64,000 nt of DNA from Mayamaea pseudoterrestris (Eukaryota), in NCBI GenBank assembly GCA_027923505.1, contig BROI01000001.1, forward strand, positions 1,674,001 to 1,738,000. The letters run 5' to 3'. The translations under genes and the position numbers were made by a program. Positions 11,346 through 22,085 of the stretch are shown here, one piece after another. The stretch's first letter is position 1; the number at the start of each line of letters is the position of its first letter. Below the pieces are notes generated by a model that searched no databases, was not told the origin of the DNA, and saw only the letters and a program-made list of their open reading frames with translations.

Positions 11346-11674
11346 TGACACGATAATATCAGACGAACCTTTATTCCAGCGACTACAATGGACTCGGAGC
11401 GATCAACCTCTTCGTCCAGCGTAAAGCAAACAAACAAACTCAATTGCTAGAATAGTGCATGTTACTCGCTACTCTACTCGTGCGCTTCTTTCTCGTTCTC
11501 ACTGGGTTCACGGTCGAGGTTCACGCCTCGATCGTCAGCGATTTTACTCATGTATGTGAGGATTCGGTCACAAGTGTGACTCAACCCTGCACAGGATTAA
11601 ATGCATACAAAACACAGGTAGCTAACCGTCTTGTCATGAGACGCAGGTCAACTCAACTCAATAATATTGTGTCA
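11346..11674 (-). repeat. Family-1 5' LTR
   Basis: 329-bp LTR copy with the PBS on its internal side and satellite on its external side. Confidence 0.95.
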
Positions 11675-14600
11675 CCATGTATACACCCAAATGACACCAG
11701 AATGGTGCCATGATCATTATTCAAATTGCGCTACAAGATGGTATGCCTAGCTATTGTCTCAGGGGACAGCAATGATATTGGTGACAACTTGTCACCAGTC
11801 TCAGCCTGCAGATGCCGTGACATTCAAACGCCCCTACAGCAGGCCATGTATACAACCAAATAACACCAGAATGGTGCCAACATCATTATTCAGGCTGCGC
11901 TACAAAATGGTATGCCTGGATATTGTCTCAGGGGATGGCAATGATATTGGTGACAACTTGTCACCAGTCTCAGCCCACAGATGCTGTGACATTCAAACGC
12001 CCCTACCGTACAGCAGGCCATGTATACACCCAAATGACACCAGAATGGTGCCATGATCATTATACAAACTGCGCCACAAGATGGTATGCCTAGCTATTGT
12101 CTCAGGGGACAGCAATGATATTGGTAACAACTTGTCACCAGTCTCAGCCCGCGGATGCCGTGACATTCAAACGCCCCTAGAACAGGCCATGAGTATACCC
12201 AAATGACACCAGAATGGTGCCAACATCATTATTCAGGCTGCGCTACAAGATAGTATGCCTGGCTAGTGTCTCAGGGGATGGCAATGATATTGGTGACAAC
12301 TTGTCACCAGTCTCAGCCTGCAGATGCCGTGACATTCAAACACCCCTACAGCAGGCCATGTATACACCCAAATGACACCAGAATGGCGCCAACATCATTA
12401 TTGAAATTGCGCTACAAGATGGTATGCCTGGCTAGTGTCTCAGGGGACGGCAATGATATTGGTGACAACTTGTCACCAGTCTCAGCCTGCAGATGCCGTG
12501 ACATTCAAACGCCCCTACAGCAGGCCATGTATACACCCAAATGACACCAGAATGGTGCCAACATCATTATTCAGGCTGCGCAACAAGATGGTATGCATGG
12601 CTAGTGTCTCAGGGGACGGCAATGATATTGGTGACAACTTGTCACCAGTCTCAGCCTGCAGATGCCGTGACATTCAAACGCCCCTACAGCAGGCCCTGTA
12701 GGTGCCCAAAATACACCAGAATGGTGCCAACATCATTATTCAGGCTGCGCTACAAGATTATATGCCTGGCTAGTGTCTCAGGGGATGGCAATGATATTGG
12801 CGACAACTTGTCACCAGTCTCAGCCCGCAGATGCCGTGACATTCAAACGCCCCTACAGCAAGCCCTGTAGGTGCCCAAAATAAACCAGAATGGTGCCAAC
12901 ATCATTATTCAGGCTGCGCTACAAGATGGTATGCCTGGCTAGTGTCTCAGGGGACGGATGATTGGTGACAACTTGTCACCAGTCTCAGCCTGCAGATGCC
13001 GTGACATTCAAATGCCCCTACAGCAGGCCATGTATACACCCAAATGACACCAGAATGGTGCCAACATCATTATTCAGGCTGCGCTACAAGATGGTATGCC
13101 TGGCTAGTGTCTCAGGGGATGGCAATGATATTGGTGACAACTTGTCACCAGTCTCAGCCCGCAGATGCCATGACAATCAAATGCCCCTACAGCAGGCCAT
13201 GTATACACCCAAATGACACCAGAATGGTGCCAACATCATTATTCAGGCTGCGCAACAAGATGGTATGCCTGGCTAGTGTCTCAGGGGACGGCAATGATAT
13301 TGGTGACAACTTGTCACCAGTCTCAGCCTGCAGATGCCAAACATTCAAACGCCCCTACCGTACAGCAGGCCATGTATACACCCAAATGACACCAGAATGG
13401 TGCCATGATCATTATACAAACTGCGCCACAAGATGGTATGCCTAGCTATTGTCTCAGGGGACAGCAATGATATTGGTAACAACTTGTCACCAGTCTCAGC
13501 CCGCGGATGCCGTGACATTCAAACGCCCCTAGAACAGGCCATGAGTATACCCAAATGACACCAGAATGGTGCCAACATCATTATTCAGGCTGCGCTACAA
13601 GATAGTATGCCTGGCTAGTGTCTCAGGGGATGGCAATGATATTGGTGACAACTTGTCACCAGTCTCAGCCTGCAGATGCCGTGACATTCAAACACCCCTA
13701 CAGCAGGCCATGTATACACCCAAATGACACCAGAATGGCGCCAACATCATTATTGAAATTGCGCTACAAGATGGTATGCCTGGCTAGTGTCTCAGGGGAC
13801 GGCAATGATATTGGTGACAACTTGTCACCAGTCTCAGCCTGCAGATGCCGTGACATTCAAACGCCCCTACAGCAGGCCATGTATACACCCAAATGACACC
13901 AGAATGGTGCCAACATCATTATTCAGGCTGCGCAACAAGATGGTATGCATGGCTAGTGTCTCAGGGGACGGCAATGATATTGGTGACAACTTGTCACCAG
14001 TCTCAGCCTGCAGATGCCGTGACATTCAAACGCCCCTACAGCAGGCCCTGTAGGTGCCCAAAATACACCAGAATGGTGCCAACATCATTATTCAGGCTGC
14101 GCTACAAGATTATATGCCTGGCTAGTGTCTCAGGGGATGGCAATGATATTGGCGACAACTTGTCACCAGTCTCAGCCCGCAGATGCCGTGACATTCAAAC
14201 GCCCCTACAGCAAGCCCTGTAGGTGCCCAAAATAAACCAGAATGGTGCCAACATCATTATTCAGGCTGCGCTACAAGATGGTATGCCTGGCTAGTGTCTC
14301 AGGGGACGGTAATGATATTGGTGACAACTTGTCACCAGTCTCAGCCTGCAGATGCCGTGACATTCAAATGCCCCTACAGCAGGCCATGTATACACCCAAA
14401 TGACACCAGAATGGTGCCAACATCATTATTCAGGCTGCGCTACAAGATGGTATGCCTGGCTAGTGTCTCAGGGGATGGCAATGATATTGGTGACAACTTG
14501 TCACCAGTCTCAGCCCGCAGATGCCATGACAATCAAATGCCCCTACAGCAGGCCATGTATACACCCAAATGACACCAGAATGGTGCCAACATCATTATTC

Positions 14601-15339
14601 AGGCTGCGCAACAAGATGGTATGCCTGGCTAGTGTCTCAGGGGACGGCAATGATATTGGTGACAACTTGTCACCAGTCTCAGCCTGCAGCTGCCGTGACA
14701 TTCAAACGCCCCTACAGCAGGCCATGTATACACCCAAATGACACCAGAATGGTGCCAACATCATTATTCAGGCTGCGCAACAAGATGGTATGCCTGGCTA
14801 GTGTCTCAGGGGACAGCAATGATATTGGTGACAACTTGTCACCAGTCTCAGCCCGCAGATGCCGTGACATTCAAACGCCCCTACAGTAAGCCCTGTAGGT
14901 GCTCGAAATACATCAGAATGGTGCCAACATCATTATTCAGGCTGCGCTACAAGATGGTATACCTGGCTAGTGTCTCAGGGGATGGCAATGATATTGGTGA
15001 CAACTTGTCACCAGTCTCAGCCTGCAGATGCCGTGACATTTAAACGCCCCTACAGCAGGCCAGGTATATACCCAAATGTCACCAGAATATTGCCAATATC
15101 ATTATTCAAGCTGCCCTACAAGATGCAGAATGGTGCCAACATCATTATTCAGGCTGCGCTACAAGATGGTATACCTGGCTAGTGTCTCAGGGGATGGCAA
15201 TGATATTGGTGACAACTTGTCACCAGTCTCAGCCTGCAGATGCCGTGACATTTAAACGCCCCTACAGCAGGCCAGGTATATACCCAAATGTCACCAGAAT
15301 ATTGCCAATATCATTATTCAAGCTGCCCTACAAGATGGT
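11675..15339 (+). repeat. 169-bp tandem satellite array (~21-22 monomers) with an 8-mer higher-order repeat
   Basis: Period 169 (e.g. 12266 to 12435). Variant patterns recur at +1352/+1356 (12266 to 13618, 13044 to 14400). Each monomer carries the dyad TGGTGACAA-C-TTGTCACCA. Confidence 0.97.
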
Positions 15340-15668
15340 TGACACGATAATATCAGACGAACCTTTATTCCAGCGACTACAATGGACTAGGAGCGATCAA
15401 CCTCTTCGTCCAGCGTAAAGCAAACAAACAAACTCAATTGCTAGAATAGTGCATGTTACTTGCTACTCTACTTGTGCGCTTCTTTCTCGTTCTCACTGGG
15501 TTCACGGTCGAGGTTCACGCCTCGATCGTCAGCAATTTCACTCATGTATGTGAGGATTCGGTCACAAGTGTGACTCAACCCTGCACAGGATTAAATGCAT
15601 ACAAAACACAGGTAGCTAACCGTCTTGTCATGAGACGCAGGTCAACTCAACTCAATAATATTGTGTCA
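15340..15668 (-). repeat. Family-1 3' LTR
   Basis: 329-bp LTR copy followed by the PPT complement TCCCCCTTGATC. Confidence 0.95.
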
Positions 15669-16991
15669 TCCCCCTTGATCTAGGCTTGTGACAACGATCG
15701 GTTTGCCGTATCACCCTTCCAGAAAAGAATCGGAATGATCAGGGGTCGGAACGTGGCATGCGGCAAGAACTTGGTAAGAACGTCGGCGACGTTCTGCTTG
15801 CCGAAGATGTGCTCAAAGTACAGAACATTGCTTGCAATGGCCTCGCGAACTCGGTGGTAGGCGAGCGCATTGTGTCGCTTAGAAAGTGTGGAGTGCGGGA
15901 TCGTTGACGACTTCTTGACACTTTCGTTGTCACCGAACATCCAGGCTGGTCCTCTCAAAGGAACTCCCAACATGCGTAGGGAGTATCGGAAATCCATAAT
16001 CTGTTCCGTCGCGGTCTTGGCGACGATGAACTCGGATCCGTATGTTGCAGTCTCGACAGTATTCTGACGCTTGCAGAACCATTCGACGGGCGTCTGGTTC
16101 AGGAAATGCAGGACTCCCATTGCTCCAGTGTGTATCATGGTACGGTTCGCGTCCATAAAGGAGTTGCACAGGCTCTCTGGGCTCGGCTGTATTGGTGACA
16201 ATTGGTCCAGTCGTCAGCTTGCGCTTGCGCGTGGTTTCTCATAAACATGGTTTCGTATTCTTGAGCATCGGCCGACGTGAGTCTTCCGCTCATGCAGGGT
16301 TCCATCGGGATCATGATAGAAGTCGCCGGTGGTCTTGTCCCGGCCGCCCTTCACTTGTACTTGTACTTGTCCTTGAGGAGGTGGAAGGCTTTGGATCTTT
16401 CTGCACTAGCAGCCAGCGTGGACCGGTACTCCCGGTTCCTCCGGGTCTGCCTTGTGGGTGCAGTCGGCCGCCCGCCAGAGTGCGCCAATCAAAAATCCTT
16501 GTAGATGACCAAGGTATGGCCTTCCAATGGTCCAAACTTCGGGACCGGCAACAATGTAGACCTTTTCCTTGGTCTTGGCCTCGGGTAGGCGTCCGGCATC
16601 GGCGGCCCAAACTTGGGTCGTTCGTTCAGCTACATTCCAGTTCGCACGGCTGCAATCACCCTCTGTAGCTTCGGTTTCCGCGGGAGATCAGTCTTACCTT
16701 GGTTTATCCTACAGGGTCTTATCCTACAAAACGCTAGTTGATTAAGCAGTTCTCTAGAAAGTGAGTTGATTTACGATCGGCCTAAGAAAGAGCGCATTGA
16801 TCAGATGGCTCTTTTCAAGACCATTCACGTATAGTGAATACTAATCTTATTTAATCGTGCCTGCGGCTGGTGATTTCAATGACAGTTGTGAGCAGATGTC
16901 TTTTTCTGTACCGCAACGGAGGTTCGAGTACTATGTGTGCCCCCCGGCGACGCTAGGCTCACTGCGACTGGACTAGATCGTCATTGTGACA

Positions 16992-18385
16992 CCATCCCCT
17001 GAGACACCAGCCAAGCCTAACATTTCGTAACGCAGCCTGATTTATGATGTTGGCGCCATTCTGGTGTATTTTGGGCACCTACAGGGCTGTTGGGGTTTAA
17101 CGTTTCGTATTGAGACTGGAGTGTCACCAAATACATTGCCATCCCCTGAGACACCAGAAGTCACGAGCGCAGCTGTGATGTTGGCACCATTCTGGTTGGA
17201 CTACAGGGCCGCTGTAGGGTGTTTGAATGCTCACATTCTTGGGCTGAGACGCGAGTTGTCACCACAACACATTGCCATCCACTGACACACAGCCAAGCTA
17301 CCATCTTGTGCGCAGCTGAAAATGGGCACCATTCTGGTTTTGGAGCTACAGGGTTGCTGTAGGACATTTGAATGTCACGGCATCTGGGGGCTGGAGGTGA
17401 AGTTGTCACCAAATGCATTGCATAGAACTCCATGCCAATCATCTTGTAGCGCAGCTGATTTGTTGGCATTGTGTTGGGCATCTATAGGGCTTGCTCTAGG
17501 GATTTGAAAACGAATCTGGCGGCTGAGAGGTGACAAGTTGTCACAATAATTGCATCTGAGACACCAGCTTCTACCATCTTGTAGCGCAGCCCGAATAAGC
17601 GAGATGTTGGCACCGTTCTGAGTATTTTGGCACCACAGGGTTGCTGTAGGGCGTTTGAATGTCATGGCATCTGCGGCTGAGACTGGTGACGTTGTCACAA
17701 CACATTGCTATCCTGAGACACCAGCCAAGCTACCATCTTGTAGCGCAGCCTAAACAAAAGATGTTGGCACCATTCTGAGTTTCCGGACCTACAGGGCTTG
17801 CTGTAGGGTGTTTGAATGTCACGCACGGTGAGACTGGTGACAAGTTGTCACCAAATACATTGCCATCCCCTGAGACACCAGTCAAGCCTTACCATCTTGT
17901 AGCGCAGCCTGATCAATGATGACACCATTCTAGAATATTTCGGGCACCTAGGGATTTGAATGTCACGATAGTGGGGCTGACACAAGTTGTCACAAAATAC
18001 ATTGCCATCCCCCCTGAGACACCAGCCAAGATTACCATCTTGTAGCGAGTGAAAAGATGTTGGCACCAATGCGTATTTTGGGCACCTACAGGGTTGCTGT
18101 AGGGTGTTTCTGGAATGTCACGGCATAGATAGATCAGTGACAAATTGTCACCAAATACATTGCCATCCCTGAGACACCAGCCAAGCCTACCATCGGCAGC
18201 TGAACAATGATGTGCTGGATATTCTGGTGTATTTTGGGCACTTACAGGGCTTCTGCTGTAGGGCGTTTGAAACGTCATGGCATCTATGGTTGAGACTGGT
18301 GATGTTGTCACCAAATACATTGCCATCCCCTGAGACACCAGCCAAGCCTACCATCTCAGTAGCGCAGCTTGAATAATGATGTGGA
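16992..18385 (-). repeat. Inverted, divergent array of the 169-bp satellite (~8-9 indel-rich monomers)
   Basis: Reverse-complement monomer motifs such as TTGCCATCCCCTGAGACAC, GGTGACAAGTTGTCACC and CCATCTTGTAGCGCAGC. Confidence 0.9.
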
Positions 18386-18601
18386 TTGGTGGATCTTCAT
18401 TTGGCGTTGCGTGCCGCTTTGCGTCGTCGGTATAGCGGCGGAGCGATGAGCTGCTTGCGACTCTTTCGAAGCTTTGGTTTATTGGCGCGTTGAGGATACC
18501 TCGCCGAACTGATTTCTTGGCAAGCGTCGTTCCACGCGAACGATTCGGACAACCACTTTCTTGCAGCGGTCGCGTCGGGGACTGTTTCGCCGGTTATAAT
18601 C

Positions 18602-19474
18602 TTAGACAAGCGTTCTCCCATTGAGAACCACGCAGTTTGTGCTGCCGTGGTCGTTCGTCAGTTTCATGTCGCGAACTCTCGACTCGGCTCGCTGCGCTGC
18701 GCGCTCGGCGTTCTTGCCCGTCAAGTACATCTTGTGCATTTCCTTGAAGCACTCGTGGGCCGACCCGTCCTTGTGGCAACGAATGATCGGGATGCAGTTG
18801 GCGACTTTGCAGTATGAAGTGATGATGTCGAATGCTGTGGCTTCTTGCGCTTTGAATACCTCGAGATCTTCGTGCGAAAGCGTTGTCGGGTTGAAATCCG
18901 GATCGAAGACTCGCTCGATGCCTTGGTTCTTGGCCGTTGCGAACGTCTTGAGCCACCATTGACGGAATTTGTACTCGTCTTTGAACTCGGTGTATGCCTT
19001 GGTGTCGACTCGGATGCGAGCTTTGTACTTCTCGGCCTCAGACTTCTCTGGAACGTCCGTGGAGTTGACTCGTTGAATCCGACTCATGTGGCTTTGGAAT
19101 AGAGACTCTTCGGGCGATTCGGTCGCTTTGATGAGCGCTGCGAATGTGAGCGTCACCCATTCCTTGAGTTTGCGCTCCTCCGATGCCCATTGACGAAGGC
19201 GGGTAATGGTTCGAATAACCGTGATGTGCGTTTTGGATTCCTTCAGTACCGACTCGATGTCCTTGATGGTCAGCATTAGGAATGGCTCCGTGAGTAGGCG
19301 TCCGTCCGGGAGGAGTGACTTGATGGCGACGATGACTGGAAGCTTCATGAACTTGTCGTTGTTGACGGTCTTCAGCTTGTAAATGCTTTTCAATCCGACG
19401 GCGAGCGAGTTGTCTTCCGCGTCATCTTGCGTGACATTGGGTCCGTCGGGAGGATCATCTTCGACGACGGTCAT
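18602..19474 (-). CDS. Family-2 Gag (N-terminal part, frameshifted downstream)
   Basis: RVDTKAYTEFKD..FRQW..TFATAKNQGIERVFDPDFNP aligns with family-1 Gag KRDYKDYKTF..WLSW..TKAIAKLHGCSNVLDSKYVP. It lies just inside the PBS/LTR. Confidence 0.8.
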   Translation of the reverse strand: MTVVEDDPPDGPNVTQDDAEDNSLAVGLKSIYKLKTVNNDKFMKLPVIVAIKSLLPDGRLLTEPFLMLTIKDIESVLKESKTHITVIRTITRLRQWASEERKLKEWVTLTFAALIKATESPEESLFQSHMSRIQRVNSTDVPEKSEAEKYKARIRVDTKAYTEFKDEYKFRQWWLKTFATAKNQGIERVFDPDFNPTTLSHEDLEVFKAQEATAFDIITSYCKVANCIPIIRCHKDGSAHECFKEMHKMYLTGKNAERAAQRAESRVRDMKLTNDHGSTNCVVLNGRTLV

Positions 19475-19722
19475 GTTGTTGATTGATTGGTACGGGATGA
19501 ATATATACCGCGAGAATAATCGAGGAAGTCGATTCTATCCGAGCGATGTTTGCAATTCGACTCGGTCTTCAATCCCTCCGTCTGCCGGACTAGTGTAGAT
19601 TGAAGCCTCGGACAGGAAATGAACGAGGGATGTCCGCTGCCAATGTAGTGTGCAACGAAACGACGGGAGTGGTCATCACCAGCGCCCGAGAGAGTTGATT
19701 GTAAAGACCAAGACTGTTAATC

Positions 19723-20123
19723 TGACACGATGCAGTTCCAGTTTGTACGGCTGCAACGATTCCTCACCCTCTGTAGTCGGTTTCCAAGTGAGCGGGATGA
19801 TCAGTCCTTTACCTTGGTTTATCCTACAGGGGTCTTATCCTACAAAACGCTAGTTGATTAAGCAGTTCTCTAGAAAGTGAGTTGATTTACGATCGGTCGA
19901 GAAAGAGCGATTGATCAGATGGCTCTTTCAAGACCATTCACGATAGTGAATACTAATCTTGTTTAATCGTGCCTGCGGCTGGCACACATGCAATATTTCA
20001 ATGACGTAGTTGTGAGTAGATGTCTTTTCTGGTACCGCAACGGAGGTTCGAGTACTATGCTCATGCGCCCCCGACGACGTCTAGGTTCGCATCAAGCGAC
20101 TGGACTAGATCGTCATTGTGACA
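19723..20123 (-). repeat. Family-2 5' LTR (401 bp)
   Basis: TG...CA ends, adjacent PBS, and a second copy at ~16633-16991. Confidence 0.88.
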
Positions 20124-22085
20124 AGCTAACAGTGCTATGGTTCGAATGCTTCGCATAGAGACAACACCGGAGTAGGCGGAGTCCTTGGGCGGAGCGGTCA
20201 AATGTCCCCCGGCGACGAGTCGGGCCTTACGTCGTAGATCGTTCTTGCAGTCGAAAACAAGATGCGCGTTGATGCGCTTCCAGTCACTTTCCATGAAGGC
20301 ACCGATGCCCTTGTCGATGAAAGTGTCGTACTCGTGTAGCTGCTCCATCTCAGTCTTGACGGCGTCAGCCCACAGGGTGTTTCCATTAGCAGCGTCGAGG
20401 CGGTTCGCTTCCTTCCAGGTATTAGGAACTTGAACGCCAAACTTGAAACGTGCTTCTTGGACACGGTTCTTCTTTGCAGCCTTGCACATGCGGTTAAACA
20501 GTTTAGTGCGTCCTGCCATGCGCCTCAAGCGCTTCCATCCATCCTTGTCCAGCATACCCTTGCGCTTGCCGTACTCGGCAACGGTAACAGGGTCGGACTT
20601 GATAATCAATGCGAGTGGCTCCCAGGTCTTCTCGCCATTTGCCCATTGGATGAGCAAGTTGTAGGATGAGCCGCGATACGTAGCGTCGGCTTGTGTCAGT
20701 GGACCTTCATGTCCGTCAATGAAATCAAATTTGATAATCTTGTGGTTGGCATCGTTGCAATCATTTAATTATTTGACAACCTTGTAACGTTGCGTTGAGC
20801 CATCTTCCTCATCAAGAAGGACAGTGCGTCCCATCAGTTCAGCCAGAGTAAAGGACGGCATGGGTCCGTCAGGATCCAGACCGGCTAACTTGGCAGCGCC
20901 TTCCAACAAAATGTGTCTTCATCCACGGTTCCCCCAGAATCAGGCGCTGGGGTCAGTGTCTGATTGTGCTTGAACACCAGACCGGCAAGGTCGTACTCAT
21001 CATCAAACTCATTTACAGTTTCCACTTTTACTCGTTCACGCGCAGGGCGTGCATCGAAGACAGGTTCAGCAAACAGTGGTCGCTCGGACTCAGGTTCAGG
21101 GGTGCATTCGGCCTTGGCACGTAAGTTACGTCCTTTGGAGAAGGGACAAACATTGGATCGGATGTCAACCAGTCCAGTTTGATTGGATTGGACTTGATAT
21201 GTGAGGATGTCACCCTTGTTCTCTGCAATGCCAACCCAGCGTCCTGCTGCTTCCTTTGTATGAGGAAATGTCGGCGTCTTGTTGGCTCCAGCCTTGTACA
21301 GGACTTGTTCCCAGACCTTGAACTGTAGGAACAGCGAAATGTTGGTTACTCGGTTAAATGCGGCTTCAGTTGGAGTCTTCCAGTTGAGGGACTTGGTCAC
21401 CAGATGGTTGAATAAGGCAATCACGTACAACGCGCACAGGAGCCAGGCTCCGGCGGGTGGACCCATATGGTTCATGATGTTCTGGATAGATGACTTGACT
21501 TCTTGGATGCGACGCTTGGCAGGGTTCTGGTTCTGGTATCTGGGCTTGTTCTGTTGGTCACGAATCATGTAGAATTGCAACAAGGTTTCAACTTGCTTCC
21601 CAAGCTGCACTTGCGAGTTATTGCTAATGAGCAAGTTGGGAGCGCCAATGTCTCGAATGAAGTCTTCAAGCGCCATGGGCATGTCACTCTTGGTTCTCAG
21701 TGGTATCCCTTCGTCAGCAAACTCTTCTTGCCGACAAACAATTGCATCATCTTGCATCCGCCATGGCCGCGGATTCCGTCATTAAAGGCGGCTTCCTTGG
21801 AAAACCAGGTGTCTGTCAGCGTATCGTCATGGAAACGAATCACGTTGGCAGTGGCAGCAGGGAATCATGACTTAAAGTGCTGGCAAAACGGGGTGTGTGT
21901 CAATGCACAAAAGTTCTGTGTCGTGTTCTTCAATGTGCGCTTGACTCGTTTGATTGGCATGTAGCCAAGGTATGGTCGGAGCGCTTGGTAGTCAGGCTCT
22001 TGCGGCATAATGCGTTGTGCATGGACTTGGTGCGTTGACTCTTCCTTATTGCGATCGACATACTGCACCACACGTTCCACTGAGT
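20124..22085 (-). pseudogene. Family-1 pol (RT N-terminus and integrase), disrupted
   Basis: Homologous to 60675-62770. It has a deletion near 20730, frameshifts and many CG>TG/CA changes (LLISNNS vs LLISDNS; NPAKRR vs NPAERR). Confidence 0.88.

Larger units (their letters stand above)
4100..11674 (-). mobile_element. Ty1/copia (CoDi-like) LTR retrotransposon, family 1, copy A; degenerate and interrupted by a Harbinger element
   Basis: LTRs at 4100-4428 and 11346-11674, PPT at 4429-4440, RNase H at 4440-5027, RT at 8496-9340, integrase/protease/gag remnants at 9400-11290, PBS at 11332-11345. The flanks (ATCGT / CCATG) do not form a TSD. Confidence 0.9.
16633..20123 (-). mobile_element. Family-2 copia-type LTR element (LTR - satellite - gag - PBS - LTR), no pol
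   Basis: Direct repeats at ~16633-16991 (noisy) and 19723-20123 (401 bp, TGACAC...GTGACA). AGCTA occurs at both 16628-16632 and 20124-20128 within family-1 RT. gag is at 18602-19474 and the PBS at 19709-19722. Confidence 0.8.

Noticed and set aside
11675..15339. CRISPR-like array, or repeated 80-130 aa ORFs in the satellite
   Set aside because: Whole monomers repeat with no unique spacers and no cas genes. 169 is not a multiple of 3, so the ORFs are frame-rotation artefacts.
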